Assembly (NCBI GenBank): GCA_965227775.1
Contig: OZ245777.1
Coordinates: 800,001 to 864,000 of the forward strand
Reading direction: 5' to 3'
DNA length: 64,000 bases
From: Phycisphaerales bacterium
Lineage (GTDB): Bacteria; Planctomycetota; Phycisphaerae; Phycisphaerales; UBA1924
Each line of letters starts with the position of its first letter. Position 1 is the stretch's first letter. Shown one piece after another: positions 39,181 through 50,029 of this stretch. The notes under the pieces were generated by a model. It did no database searches and had not been told where the DNA came from. It was given only the letters and a program-made list of their open reading frames with translations. The position numbers were made by a program, and so were the translations under genes.

Positions 39181-41415
39181 TTACGAGCAGCCGGCGGAGA
39201 ACTCGTTCTGGAACGCAAGGAAGTCGAAGATGTTCAGCGAGCCGTCGCCGTCGAAGTCGGCGGCCAGGTCGCCAGCGGCGAAGGCGTTCTGGAACGCGAG
39301 GAAGTCGAAGATGTCCAGCGTGCCGTTGCCGTCGAAGTCGGCCCGGCAATCAACGCCGCGGCTGAGCTCATCGGCGGTGACGACGCGCTTGACGCCATCA
39401 AGGCCCTCAATGCTCAGGAACAGGCCCGCGCCACCGCCGCGCTCGAAGAACTCGACAGTGATCTCGTGCGTGCCGGCCTGGAGGGCGACCTCGGTGCCAA
39501 CCTCTTGCATGCCGTGCAGACCGTCGTTGTCGACGATCTCGTCATCGCCCAGGTAGAGCTTGCTGCCGTCGTCGGAGTTGGTGAAGAGCGTGTAGATGCC
39601 CGTCTGCGGGATGTCGATGTAGCCGGTGAACACGGCGGCAACGTCATCGGCGCGGCCACTGGTCACAAACTCGCCCGAGGTCGACGGGAAGTTGATCTCG
39701 GTCACCACGTCGCTGGCGTAGGACGTCAGCGTCGAGAAGTCGGGCAACACGGAGAAGCTGCCCGAGTAGTAGTCGACGTCCAGGCCAGGCTGGGTGACCG
39801 TCGGGTTCTCCGGAGCGCGGAAGCTGGCAGGGTCGAGCACGTCGATGGTGACCGTGGCGCCGGCGGTCTGGTCGCCGTTGGTCACCACGTAATCGAACGT
39901 GTCCTCGCCGAACGAACCAGAAGGAGCCGTGTACACGAGCTCGTCGCGGCCCTCGGGGCCGGTTCCGACGCTCAGCGTGATCATGCCACCCAGCGAGCCT
40001 GTCGCGTCGAAGCTCTCGATCGTCAGGGGCAGGCCCATCGGATCGAAGTCGTTCGCGGTGACATCGAGGTCCGACATCTCGCCCGCGATCACGGCGAAGG
40101 TGTCGTCGATCGCCAGCGGCTCGCCCGAACCGGTGCCCGCCGCAGCAGCGACGGCCTGGAACGCGTTCGTGCGCCCGTTGCTGAAGATCGGGTCGAAGCC
40201 CGGCGCGCCGATGTCGTCGGCGGTGTCGTACAAGATGTTCTGCAGCACATCGGGCGTCGCCGTCGGCGCCACGCTCCACATCAGGCCGAGTACACCGTTG
40301 GTGACCGGAGTCGCCATGCTGGTGCCGCTATAGAAGTCATACCCGCCGCCGAGCACCGGCGCCAGGATGTCCACGCCCGGCGTGAAGATGTCGACGCCGC
40401 GGCCGTAGCTCGAGAAGCCGGCCTTGCGATCCGAGCGGTTGCTGGCACCCACCACGATCGTGTCTTCCCACGAGAAGCCGCTGTGGTCCTGATCGAAGTT
40501 GTCGGCCGCGTACAGCAGCAGACCGCCGATACTCTTGATGTACGTGCCAGAGCTGCCGACGGCGGGCGTCTGCACGCCCGTCCACGAGCAGCTCGCCGTC
40601 TTCGCGCCATTCTCGACGGCCCACTCCGAGCCGTGCAGGATGGCGTTCAGCGAGGCGCTTCCGGCGCCGCCGGCCGAGGCCTGCGGGGCGCGAACGCCGA
40701 GGATCTGCAGATTCCAGCCCGCGCCGGCAACACCGACGCCATTGTCGCCGATCGCCGCACCGCAGCCGGCCACGTGCGTGCCGTGACCGTTCTGATCGCG
40801 AACGACACCGCCTTCGCTCTCGCGCAGGCGGTCGCCCGAGTTGTACCCCTCGACCAGCGCGTCGGCGAGGTCCTCGTGGCCCAGCATCGTGCCGGTGTCG
40901 ACGTACGCGGTGATGACCGACGCCGAACCCGTGGTGATGTCCCAAGCCTGGGGCGAGGAGATCACCGGGTGGTGCCACTGCTGGCTATACCGCGGATCGC
41001 CCGGCTCGATCATGGTGTACACGATCCAGTTGGGGTGGGCAAAGCGATAGTCGTCGGTCGCGCCCAGCCAGGCGCCCATGGCCGACTCGTCCATGCCATC
41101 GGGAATCGACAGCGTGAAGCGATCGGGGCCGCGATCGTGCAACACGATGAACGGCTCGATGCGCGCTTCGGCCGCACGGCGCCGCGCGACGGCTTGCTCG
41201 TAGGTCAGGCCCGCGCGCTGCCAGTCGACGATGCGCTTGGGCGAAACCAGCATCTCCCCACTGAACGTGCGCTGGTTCGCGGTCTCGACGAACGGACCGA
41301 AGTACTCGGCGCTCAGGCCGATGGCGTCGTCGGCAAGCGCCGGCATCGCGAGGCCCACCGAAAGCAGGATCGAGAGAGCGCCGACGGACCGACGCGAGAC
41401 GTGCTGATAACCCAT
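39181..41415 (-). CDS. Secreted S8 (subtilisin-like) serine protease with PA14 and dockerin-like domains
   Basis: Catalytic triad motifs YVDTG, HGTHVAG and GTSMATP. PA14 motif SDDGSKL...NDGLH. Dockerin-like tail. Confidence 0.92.
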   Translation of the reverse strand: MGYQHVSRRSVGALSILLSVGLAMPALADDAIGLSAEYFGPFVETANQRTFSGEMLVSPKRIVDWQRAGLTYEQAVARRRAAEARIEPFIVLHDRGPDRFTLSIPDGMDESAMGAWLGATDDYRFAHPNWIVYTMIEPGDPRYSQQWHHPVISSPQAWDITTGSASVITAYVDTGTMLGHEDLADALVEGYNSGDRLRESEGGVVRDQNGHGTHVAGCGAAIGDNGVGVAGAGWNLQILGVRAPQASAGGAGSASLNAILHGSEWAVENGAKTASCSWTGVQTPAVGSSGTYIKSIGGLLLYAADNFDQDHSGFSWEDTIVVGASNRSDRKAGFSSYGRGVDIFTPGVDILAPVLGGGYDFYSGTSMATPVTNGVLGLMWSVAPTATPDVLQNILYDTADDIGAPGFDPIFSNGRTNAFQAVAAAAGTGSGEPLAIDDTFAVIAGEMSDLDVTANDFDPMGLPLTIESFDATGSLGGMITLSVGTGPEGRDELVYTAPSGSFGEDTFDYVVTNGDQTAGATVTIDVLDPASFRAPENPTVTQPGLDVDYYSGSFSVLPDFSTLTSYASDVVTEINFPSTSGEFVTSGRADDVAAVFTGYIDIPQTGIYTLFTNSDDGSKLYLGDDEIVDNDGLHGMQEVGTEVALQAGTHEITVEFFERGGGAGLFLSIEGLDGVKRVVTADELSRGVDCRADFDGNGTLDIFDFLAFQNAFAAGDLAADFDGDGSLNIFDFLAFQNEFSAGCS

Positions 41416-41632
41416 GCTGAGCTCCCCTGTTCGCTTGGAGTTTCGAACGACCCGCGCATCGGGCAGACGACGCGGGACCGGTGTTCTCTACGAGCGAAAA
41501 GACAGCCCGGACGACGCCCGGGCCACATTCCGCACACCCCAAGTACCGTGCAAGGACCGCTCGCGTTAGCAGAACGTCCGATAGATATCCGAACAGCCGG
41601 AGTTTTTCGGGGATTCCCGACGATTCTGAGCC

Positions 41633-43246
41633 TCAGTGGTGGTCGCGATACCCGCCGCTCGGGTCGCCCACCTCGAGCACGCTGAGCGAGTTCACCACCC
41701 GAGCCACGCCCAGCGGCCGGCCCGCGACGAGCAGCACCTGGTCCCCCGTCTGGGCCCAGTGGTGCTCGAGCAGGAACGACTCGACAACGTCGGTCCAGTC
41801 GGCCAGGCGCCCGCTCTCGGGTGGTTGCTCCAGCACAGGCCACACGCCACGCAAGAGCGCCATGCGCTGCGTCGCCGACGGCTCGCTCGACCACGCGAGG
41901 ATGGGGATGTCGAAGTCGTTCTGGCTGAGGTAGCGCGCGGTGCCGCCAAGCTGGCTCCAGCACACGATCGCCTTGGCGTCGAGGTCTTCGGCAAGGTGCC
42001 ACGCGCCGTGCGCGAGCGCGGCGGTGCGGTAGCGCGTCTGCTTCAGCCTCTGGGGCGGGCTTGCCTTGCCCTCGGCCCGCGCGAGCGCGCTCTCGGTTGC
42101 GCGCGCGATGCGCGACATCATCTCAACAACCAGCGCCGGGTGCTTACCAACGGCCGTCTCGCCCGAGAGCATGACCGCACCCGCGCGATCGAAGATCGCG
42201 TTGGCCACGTCGCTGGCTTCGGCCCTCGTCGGGATCGAGCTGTCGATCATCGTCTCGAGCATCTGCGTCGCGACGATGCACGGCTTGCCCCAGTCTCCCG
42301 CGGCCTTGATGATCCGCTTCTGCGCTGACGGCACTTCCGGGATGTCCATCTCGACGCCCAGGTCCCCGCGCGCCACCATGATGGCATCGCTCACCTCGGC
42401 GATCTGATCGATGCACGCCAGCGCCTGGGGCTTCTCGATCTTGGCGATGATCGGGATGGGCTCGCGATCGGGCGCTTCGGCCGTGATCAGGTCGCGCAGC
42501 TCTTCGATTTCCTTCGCGCTGCGCACGAACGAGAGGGCGAGATAGTCCAGCTCCTGGGCGACGGCCCACTTGACCAGCTCGCGATCGCGCTCGGTCAGCG
42601 CGGGCACCTTCATGTCGGTCTCGGGCAGGTTGATGCCCTTGCGCGTGGTCACCTTGCCGCCGACGGTCACGACGCAGCGCACGGCGTTGCCGTCCGGCTC
42701 GGCCCCCACGGCCAGCATGCGGATGGTGCCGTCGTTGATCAGCACGCGCTGGCCGGGCTGCACCTCATGCACGAGGTCGGCGTACGTGAGCGGCAACGTG
42801 GGCACCAGCTCGCAGTGGTCGCCGTCGCGCTCTTCGCGGATCTCGGCGACGCTGATCGAACGATCGAGCAGCACGTTCTGGCCCGGCACGAGGTCGATGC
42901 CGCCGCCCTCGTCGATGTCGGGCACGGTGCCCACGCGGATCTTCGGGCCGGGCAGATCCCCAAAGACGCCCACGCACACGCCCTTGGCCTTTGCGGCCTT
43001 GCGGATGGTCTCCAGCCGGGCCTTGTGCTCGTCGGTCGTGCCGTGCGAGAAATTCAGGCGGAAGACGCTGGCGCCGGCATCGATGAGCCGCTCTAGCATC
43101 GCCTGGCTCTCCGAAGCGGGGCCGATGGTGGCGACGATCTTCGTTAGCGCAGGCCGCTCGGTGCGGGGCGAAGCGCTCTCTTTCGTGTTGGCCGAGTGGG
43201 CGAGCGGGCTTTGGGCCATGGGCGCTTGGTCGAGCTGGGTTGGCAC
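41633..43246 (-). CDS. pyk: Pyruvate kinase
   Basis: KIVATIGPAS, RLNFSHG, AKIEKP, MVARGDLGVE, ATQMLE and MLSGETA. Confidence 0.97.
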   Translation of the reverse strand: MPTQLDQAPMAQSPLAHSANTKESASPRTERPALTKIVATIGPASESQAMLERLIDAGASVFRLNFSHGTTDEHKARLETIRKAAKAKGVCVGVFGDLPGPKIRVGTVPDIDEGGGIDLVPGQNVLLDRSISVAEIREERDGDHCELVPTLPLTYADLVHEVQPGQRVLINDGTIRMLAVGAEPDGNAVRCVVTVGGKVTTRKGINLPETDMKVPALTERDRELVKWAVAQELDYLALSFVRSAKEIEELRDLITAEAPDREPIPIIAKIEKPQALACIDQIAEVSDAIMVARGDLGVEMDIPEVPSAQKRIIKAAGDWGKPCIVATQMLETMIDSSIPTRAEASDVANAIFDRAGAVMLSGETAVGKHPALVVEMMSRIARATESALARAEGKASPPQRLKQTRYRTAALAHGAWHLAEDLDAKAIVCWSQLGGTARYLSQNDFDIPILAWSSEPSATQRMALLRGVWPVLEQPPESGRLADWTDVVESFLLEHHWAQTGDQVLLVAGRPLGVARVVNSLSVLEVGDPSGGYRDHH

Positions 43247-43267
43247 GGGTTCCGTCCTTCCGATAAG

Positions 43268-44824
43268 TCAGTCGGGCTGGGAGCGAGCCTCGAGCTCCAC
43301 CACCTCCTTGTATCGGTCACGGAAGAAGCGGGTATAGGCGATTCTGGCCTCGGCCGCCGCCTCGGGGTCCCGCCACACATTGCGGACTGCCTTGTAGTTT
43401 GCTTCGTTGAACGGCAGCTGCACGGCCTGCCCATCGTCGCCCACAACGAGCTGCGTCGGGAACGCGTAGAACGCTTCCTCAGCCTCCGCAAGTACCGGGG
43501 CCCACGCGGGATCTTCGGCGGCACGATCGCGCAATCGCCAGAGCGCGGCCCAGGCTTCCTGCAATTCATCGTCGCTATCTACACCGAAAGCGCCCATCAT
43601 GACCGGTATGGCCGACCGCCAGCCACGCGAGGGCACGTCGGCCGCCGCAGCAAACGGATCAACAGGATCGATGCAGCGATCCGCGTACTGCTCGTACATC
43701 ACGCGACGGACCGGCGCCCGACGCAGCTCGTACTTGATCGGCCCGGTTGGCATCGGGCCCGACTGATCCGGATTGGCCGGAAACTGCCACAGGCTCTGGG
43801 CCTGCTCGGTCAGACAGAACTCAACGAATCTTCGCGCAACTTCGGGGTGCGGGCCGCCCCGCAAGATCGAAACCGGGTCGGCATCGATGTACACCGCGCC
43901 CACCGGATCGACGTAACCCACGCGGCTGGACTCGGGCGGCGCCCCCGGAGCCGTGACGGCCTGCGCCTGGGTGCGGCCGTAGAAGTCGATCGCCAGGCCC
44001 GCCATCGCCTCACCCGCAGCAACGTCGAGCGGTGGCTTCGTGGCCGCGCTCGTGAAGTAGCGCGTGTTAGCGGCCATCTCGCGCAGGATGCGCCAGCCCT
44101 CGTCCCAGCCGTATGCGTTCTGGATCGACTCGAACGTCGTGGTGATCGAGCCGCTCTGCCTCGGGTCGGCCAGTGCGACGAGGCCCCTGAGCCGCGGGTC
44201 GGTCAGGTCTCTAAAGCCGGTGGGCGTTTCCATGCCCGCTTGCTCGTACAGGTCCTTGTTGAAGATGATGCCGAAGCCCGAGAGGGCGGTGCCGATCCAG
44301 TACTGCTCCTTGTCGTAGAGCAGCTGATTGCCGATCTTGTTCTCGCCGAACCACTCGTCGAGCTGCTGCTGCGTGAAGCCCGCGGGCACGCTGATGGGCA
44401 CCTCGATCTCTTCGCCTTCGATGGTCGCGGTAAACCCATCGCGCATCTGCCCGTGCTCGTAGCTGCCGCCGCCAAAGAGCAGGTCGAAGCCCATGCGTCC
44501 CGGCTCGATGACGACCTCGCCGTCGACGAGCTGGTACTCGTCGTTGCGGATGGCCGCCTGGTACTGATCGATCAGCAGGCGGCGGATCTCGCTCGTGCCG
44601 CCCGGAGCGCGCCAGTCGATGACAACACGCTGGCCGAACTTGGCCTCGTGCCACTCGTTGAACGCGCGCTCGTATTCGAAGCGGATCTGCTCGGTGTGCG
44701 GCGTGATGATGACGAGCGCCAGCGCGTCGTCATCTTGCACGTCATCTCCGGCGGGTCGAACGAGCCAGGGCATGGCCAACAGGATGGCCAGAAGCACACC
44801 AAGGATTCCCACCGTCCATCGCAT
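43268..44824 (-). CDS. ABC-type extracellular solute-binding protein (Fe3+/thiamine-like family)
   Basis: N-terminal anchor, IITPH, GGTSE, DLLFGGG, ADPRQSGS and AIDFYG. Confidence 0.8.
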   Translation of the reverse strand: MRWTVGILGVLLAILLAMPWLVRPAGDDVQDDDALALVIITPHTEQIRFEYERAFNEWHEAKFGQRVVIDWRAPGGTSEIRRLLIDQYQAAIRNDEYQLVDGEVVIEPGRMGFDLLFGGGSYEHGQMRDGFTATIEGEEIEVPISVPAGFTQQQLDEWFGENKIGNQLLYDKEQYWIGTALSGFGIIFNKDLYEQAGMETPTGFRDLTDPRLRGLVALADPRQSGSITTTFESIQNAYGWDEGWRILREMAANTRYFTSAATKPPLDVAAGEAMAGLAIDFYGRTQAQAVTAPGAPPESSRVGYVDPVGAVYIDADPVSILRGGPHPEVARRFVEFCLTEQAQSLWQFPANPDQSGPMPTGPIKYELRRAPVRRVMYEQYADRCIDPVDPFAAAADVPSRGWRSAIPVMMGAFGVDSDDELQEAWAALWRLRDRAAEDPAWAPVLAEAEEAFYAFPTQLVVGDDGQAVQLPFNEANYKAVRNVWRDPEAAAEARIAYTRFFRDRYKEVVELEARSQPD

Positions 44825-44846
44825 GCTGCCAGTCTACGCTGAGGCG

Positions 44847-45575
44847 ATGACCAGCCCATCTCGACCGACCCCAGACAACACAACCAAGGCCGCCATCATC
44901 ACCGGCGGCACCGCGGGCATCGGCCTGGCGACGGCGAAAGCCCTGATCGAGCGCGGCTGGCGGGTCCTCATCGTCGGGCGAGACCCCAAGCGGCTGGGCG
45001 AGGCCCTCGACGCCCTGGGCGGAAACGCCCAGGGAACCAGCGCCGACGTGGGCAAGCCCGCCGGCCCGGGCGCCATCGTCGCCGCCTGCATGAAGGCCTT
45101 TGGCCGCATGGACGCACTCGTCAACAACGCCGGCGTCGCACCCCTCGTGCCGCTTGCCCAGCACACGCCTGGCCTCATCGATCAGTGCTTCGCGACCAAC
45201 GCCGTCGGGCCGGCCAAGCTCATCCTCGCGGCGTGGCCGCACCTGTCGGTCACCAAGGGCCGCGTGGTGAACGTCTCGTCGATGGCCACGCGCGACCCCT
45301 ACCCGGGCTTCTTCGGATACGCCGCAAGCAAGGCGGGCGTCGAGCTCATGGTCAAGAGCATCGCCAACGAGGGCAAGGCCGCGGGCATCAAGGGCTTCGC
45401 CGTTGCACCGGGCGCGACCGAGACGGCCATGTTCCGCGCGATCTTCGACGAGTCGGCCGTACCGAGCAAGGACGTGCTCGATCCGGCAACCGTCGCCAGC
45501 CTCATCGCCGACTGCGCAACGGGCCAGCGAGACCAAGACAACGGCAAGGCCATCGAGATCGTGCCGGGCGAATGA
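44847..45575 (+). CDS. Short-chain dehydrogenase/reductase
   Basis: TGGTAGIG, LVNNAG, NVSS and YAASK. Confidence 0.92.
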   Translation: MTSPSRPTPDNTTKAAIITGGTAGIGLATAKALIERGWRVLIVGRDPKRLGEALDALGGNAQGTSADVGKPAGPGAIVAACMKAFGRMDALVNNAGVAPLVPLAQHTPGLIDQCFATNAVGPAKLILAAWPHLSVTKGRVVNVSSMATRDPYPGFFGYAASKAGVELMVKSIANEGKAAGIKGFAVAPGATETAMFRAIFDESAVPSKDVLDPATVASLIADCATGQRDQDNGKAIEIVPGE

Positions 45576-45584
45576 ACTGATCGC

Positions 45585-48500
45585 CTACTCGAACCGCAGC
45601 ACAACCGTGCGCTGGCCGGTCGAGATGATGCCGTAGCCGTCGACGAGGCGCACCTCGCGTGGCGGCTCGGGCAGCAGGATGGCGCGCGTTCCGGTGACCT
45701 TGGCCGAGGTCGTGTCGACCGTCGAGACGATGTACTCGCCCTGCTCGTTGTTGATCGAGAAGCTGCGACGGGGCACGAGCAGCACGCGGTCATCGCCCAG
45801 CGCGGGCGGCAGCTTCTCGTTGCTGCGCTCGTTAGCGCCACGCAACGCGTCGCGGCCGGCGATCTGGCCGTCGCCGTCGAGCACGGTGACGCCGCCCGTG
45901 GTCATCACGACCACACGCTCGCCCTGCCGCGCGAGCCTGGGCACCTCGCCGTCGCCAAGCGAGAGCATGAGCGGGCGGCTGTCGAAGACCCCCGTCTGGG
46001 CCTTGCCCATAGACAGGTCGCCGCGCGGCGTCATGACCAGCACGGCATCGCCGATCACCCAGCCGAGGGCGGCATTGAGCGCCGCGTCATCGGCACTGGT
46101 CCACATCCGGCGTCCTTCGATGCCTTGCTCGTCGGCGTCGAAGGCCATCACTGAGCTGTGCATGCCAACGACGATCGAGCCGTCGCCCACGGCAGCAAGC
46201 CAACGCGGCGGTTCTTCCAGGCTCGTCCGTCGCACCTGCTCGGCGCCCTGCGGCCCGAAGCCCCAGAGCGTGAGCGACTCTGCCGCGCCCGCGCGATCGG
46301 AGCCCGGCGGCTCGGTCGAGCCCATGACCCACACGCGCCCGCCCGCCACGGCAACGTCCATCGCGGTTCCGATACCGGGCCTGCCCGAGAAGAGCAGCTC
46401 ACCGCTGGTCGCATCGAGCACGGCGAGCAATCCGTCTCGCCGAGCAACGCCGATATGCGTTCCGTCGCTCGCGACGATCCAGCCGAGCGGGTCGGCCTGC
46501 TGGCCGGTCGCCATGAGCGCCGTCACGCGCGGGTCATCGCCGCCGAGGTTCGCCGCTCGATCGCCCTCGTCGAAGAGCTCGATCATCGGGCCGCTGCGCC
46601 AATCCGTCGCATCGAACAGCGAGACCGATCGCAGCTCAGGCCCGCGTGGCGTTTGCCACACGAACAGTGCGTTTCGCCGATCCTGGCGGAGCAGCGTCGG
46701 GGGGCGCGCCGGGTCGAACGCCGACGTCCAGATCATCTCCAGCGGGCCTTCCGGGTCGGCCTCGAAGGGCTCGCCCTCGATCGGCCCCAGGTCTGGCGCG
46801 AGCGCCCACACGCCCACGAGGTGCCGCGCGTGCAGCACCACGTGCTCGGGCACCGCCGTCTCGACGACCGAGGCCACCGGCGACAGGAGATGCCAGCCGT
46901 CCAGGCGCTGGCTGACCTCGACCGGTCGTGCGCCAAGGCGCGGACCGCGATCGCGGCTTGCGAATCGCGCTGCGAGCGACTCCATATCGGGCGCGTCCAT
47001 CGAGTCGATGGGTGACACCGCCTTGAGCTGCCGCACGACTCGGCCTGCCGCCGCGACATGATCGGTCTCGGCCAGCGCGCGCGCCAGGTGGGCGCCCAGC
47101 GAGGCGACATCGTGCCCGCTCACGGGACCTGCGCTCGTGCGGATCAGCCGCGCAATGTCGAGTGCGCGGCGCCAGGCGCGGGCTGCCCGCGTGCGATCGC
47201 TCCGCTGCTCGGCGTGCCGCGCGACCTGCTCGTACGCCCGCATCGCCGCGACCGACACAGGTAATCGCATCGCGAGATCCAACCGGTCGGCGTCGCCTTC
47301 CAGGCCTTCGACCATGTTCGCCAGCGCTTCGGCGGCGTCGGCTTCGAACGGCTCGATGACCTCGTACCCGTGCAAGGGCAGCAGCTTGTGCAGGCGTCGC
47401 GTGGCGATTACGCCGGCAGGCTCAGGCTGCTCGCCGATGCCCGCGGTGCGTAGTGACGCGTCGGCCAGCACGTCGAGGTAGGCCCGTGCCGACGCATCGG
47501 GTCGTTCCTGGCGATCGCGCAGCTCCGCGATGGTGAGCAGCGCGCGAGCCGTGCCCTTCGCTTCGACGGCCGCGGCCAGGGTCAGTCGTGCGAGATCGTC
47601 GGCCAGCTCGTCGTCACGATCCGCCGCGTCGCGCTTGGTCATGCGAAGCGTCATAGAGAGCAACGCCTCGAACAGCCGGCGCTGCTCGCCGCGCGCAACA
47701 CGCAGCGCGGTCTCGCCCTCGGCACCCGCTTCGGCGATGGCCTCGAGCGCGCGCTCGGCCGCACCCGGCACCGCCTCGGGCACGTCGCGGCGATCGGCCA
47801 GCAGCACCAGGCTGACCAATGAAGTGACGTCCTCGGGGTTGTCGCGCAGCCGATCCGTGAGCGCCATTGCGGCGACATCGGCGCTCATCACGCTCTCGAG
47901 CACGCCCGGATCGACCACCACAACCTGATCGCTCGTCGTCACCACGCTGCCCGCCCTGGGCAACGAGATGATCGGGCCAGCGACCTCGCCGTCGGTCGGG
48001 TCAAGCAGCAGCGCGCGATCGGCAGACGGCACGAGCAAGAGACCGCCCGCCGCCATCGCGCGACCGGTGATGTTCGCGTCCAACCCGTCGGCCAGCTCCA
48101 GCCGATCCATCACGTTCTGGCCCGTGCGCACGTCGCCCGGCTCGAAGAACCAGACCGAGTTGAGGCCCACCGCCGCGACGTGATCGCCCACGCCAACGAT
48201 GTAGTCGGCATCGCCCAGAGCCGCCGTGGCGATGCGGCCGATCTGTTCGCCCGTGCGGCGGTCAAGGTGGTAGATCATCTCTTGCTGGTCGACCAGCGTT
48301 ACCACCGAGTCGCCGACGACCACCGGCGGGCGCACCATCCACGCACCGGTGGATGAGCGGCGTGTGAATTGCTGACGCGTGTCGAACCGCCGCAGCCACA
48401 CGGGTCGCCCGTCGTGCGCGTCGACCGCACCCACCACGCCCATCGGGTCGTACCAGTACACGAGCCCATGATGCAGCACGCCGCCAGCGCCAACGGTGCG

Positions 48501-49880
48501 GTTCGAACGGCTCCAGCCCGTGCCGGCGCTACCGAGCGGGCGCATCCACACCGGCTCGCCCGTCAGAGAATCGAGCCCGACGAGCGCCGTCGCGACCTGC
48601 CTGCCCGAGCGATTGTCTTCGCGCAGGCCGAAGATGACGCGGCCCTCGTCCGCCACCGGCCCGCCGCGCACGTTCGCCAGCGCGTAGCGCGAATCGATGT
48701 TGCGCGTATCGGTCACCCACAAGCGCTCGCCGCTCTCCAGATCGACCGCCATGATGCCCGCAGCCAAATCCGGCGCGTTGCTCATGTGCAGGCCCATCGA
48801 GGCGTACGCCGCCCGCGCATCGACCGCGACCGTGCTGGGAGACTCGATCGAGCGCCACTTCTGCGGCTCGCGGCGATCGTTGGCCATGTCGCGCTTGGCG
48901 CCCTCGTCGCTCAAGAGCGACGCGCGCCAGCGCAGCCGCAGCGAGAAGCGATCCCACGCCGACAGCGTCGGACCGTCGTTGATCAGGATCGAATCGCCCG
49001 CGATGGTGGGCAGCAGCCAGAAGCCGCCGCCCTTGGGCTCGATCGGCGGAGGCTCGGGAAGCTCGTCCCCCGGCCCGGGCGCAAGGTCCTCATCGATCGC
49101 TTGCGACCAGGGCTGCTCGCCCGGCAGGTACGGCGGACGCTGCCCGCCCGAGAGCGTGCTGGCGTCGAGGCGCGTTACCGACGCGGGCTTTGGAATCTCC
49201 AGCGCGGCGTAGTCGGCCGGGCCAAGCCCCGCCTCGGCGCGCCATCGATTCGCGTGTGCGCGTAGCTCGCTGTCGTCGAGCTGCGCTGACACGAGCGTCA
49301 GTAACTCGACCGCCCGTGTATCGCCCACGCGATCGGGGTGGCCCTCGAGCTGCAGCAGCGCGTGCGCCGCCGCCCAGAAGCGTGCAAGCCCATACCGCTC
49401 CCGCGCGACGGCGAGCGCGGCGTTGTATCCCGCCGGCGTCAAGAGGTAGCTGTGCTCGACCTCGAGGTACCGGCCCTGCACGGTGAGCCGCTGCGCTCGG
49501 GCCGAGAACTCGAGGCGGTAGCGCTCCAGCAGCGCGGGCTCGGCCAGCAGGCGGGCGTGGATGGCGTCGCGCACCGAGACGAACAGGTCCTCGTCGTTCT
49601 CGCTGGGCACCAGGCGATCGGGCCCGGTCTCGAGCGAGGCCTGCAGCGAACGAACGGCCTCGGCCTCATTACCGGCCCGAAGAAGCGACGGCAGCGACCG
49701 CAGCGTGCTCTGCGTGGCCGTCGAGTCGTCAACGTAGATGCTGCTGGTCTCGGCCTGGCCCAGTGCGGGCACCACGAACGACGAGAGCGCAAGCCCGGCC
49801 GCTACCGCGAGCCCGAGTGCACGTCGCCGCTTGCTGTACGTGATCACCGTAATCGGACCTCCAACTCCGTCCATACGCAC
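45585..49880 (-). CDS. Large secreted PQQ-like beta-propeller / TPR-like protein
   Basis: 1431 aa with a signal-like N-terminus, repeated AVDxxxGxxxW blades and helical segments. Start uncertain. Confidence 0.8.
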   Translation of the reverse strand: MRMDGVGGPITVITYSKRRRALGLAVAAGLALSSFVVPALGQAETSSIYVDDSTATQSTLRSLPSLLRAGNEAEAVRSLQASLETGPDRLVPSENDEDLFVSVRDAIHARLLAEPALLERYRLEFSARAQRLTVQGRYLEVEHSYLLTPAGYNAALAVARERYGLARFWAAAHALLQLEGHPDRVGDTRAVELLTLVSAQLDDSELRAHANRWRAEAGLGPADYAALEIPKPASVTRLDASTLSGGQRPPYLPGEQPWSQAIDEDLAPGPGDELPEPPPIEPKGGGFWLLPTIAGDSILINDGPTLSAWDRFSLRLRWRASLLSDEGAKRDMANDRREPQKWRSIESPSTVAVDARAAYASMGLHMSNAPDLAAGIMAVDLESGERLWVTDTRNIDSRYALANVRGGPVADEGRVIFGLREDNRSGRQVATALVGLDSLTGEPVWMRPLGSAGTGWSRSNRTVGAGGVLHHGLVYWYDPMGVVGAVDAHDGRPVWLRRFDTRQQFTRRSSTGAWMVRPPVVVGDSVVTLVDQQEMIYHLDRRTGEQIGRIATAALGDADYIVGVGDHVAAVGLNSVWFFEPGDVRTGQNVMDRLELADGLDANITGRAMAAGGLLLVPSADRALLLDPTDGEVAGPIISLPRAGSVVTTSDQVVVVDPGVLESVMSADVAAMALTDRLRDNPEDVTSLVSLVLLADRRDVPEAVPGAAERALEAIAEAGAEGETALRVARGEQRRLFEALLSMTLRMTKRDAADRDDELADDLARLTLAAAVEAKGTARALLTIAELRDRQERPDASARAYLDVLADASLRTAGIGEQPEPAGVIATRRLHKLLPLHGYEVIEPFEADAAEALANMVEGLEGDADRLDLAMRLPVSVAAMRAYEQVARHAEQRSDRTRAARAWRRALDIARLIRTSAGPVSGHDVASLGAHLARALAETDHVAAAGRVVRQLKAVSPIDSMDAPDMESLAARFASRDRGPRLGARPVEVSQRLDGWHLLSPVASVVETAVPEHVVLHARHLVGVWALAPDLGPIEGEPFEADPEGPLEMIWTSAFDPARPPTLLRQDRRNALFVWQTPRGPELRSVSLFDATDWRSGPMIELFDEGDRAANLGGDDPRVTALMATGQQADPLGWIVASDGTHIGVARRDGLLAVLDATSGELLFSGRPGIGTAMDVAVAGGRVWVMGSTEPPGSDRAGAAESLTLWGFGPQGAEQVRRTSLEEPPRWLAAVGDGSIVVGMHSSVMAFDADEQGIEGRRMWTSADDAALNAALGWVIGDAVLVMTPRGDLSMGKAQTGVFDSRPLMLSLGDGEVPRLARQGERVVVMTTGGVTVLDGDGQIAGRDALRGANERSNEKLPPALGDDRVLLVPRRSFSINNEQGEYIVSTVDTTSAKVTGTRAILLPEPPREVRLVDGYGIISTGQRTVVLRFE

Positions 49881-50029
49881 GGCAGACCTTGCCTGATCGG
49901 CTCAGCCGGCCGCCGGGGCCAGTCTAACCCGCCCAACCCAACCCATTTCGATGCGCCACGGGCCGCACGCCCTGCACCCTTCGCCCGCCCGGCCCGATGC
50001 CTCCTGACGCAGGGACGGGGGCCTTCTTC

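Noticed and set aside
38176..39350. Repeated DNA 'GAAGTCGAAGAT...CCGTCGAAGTCGGC' considered as CRISPR or mobile repeats
   Set aside because: These are coding repeats of the dockerin-like tails. There are no regular spacers and no cas or transposase genes.
38281..41685. 1134-aa plus-strand ORF
   Set aside because: Antisense shadow of the S8 protease and dockerin-tail genes. Long stop-free antisense frames are expected at high GC3.
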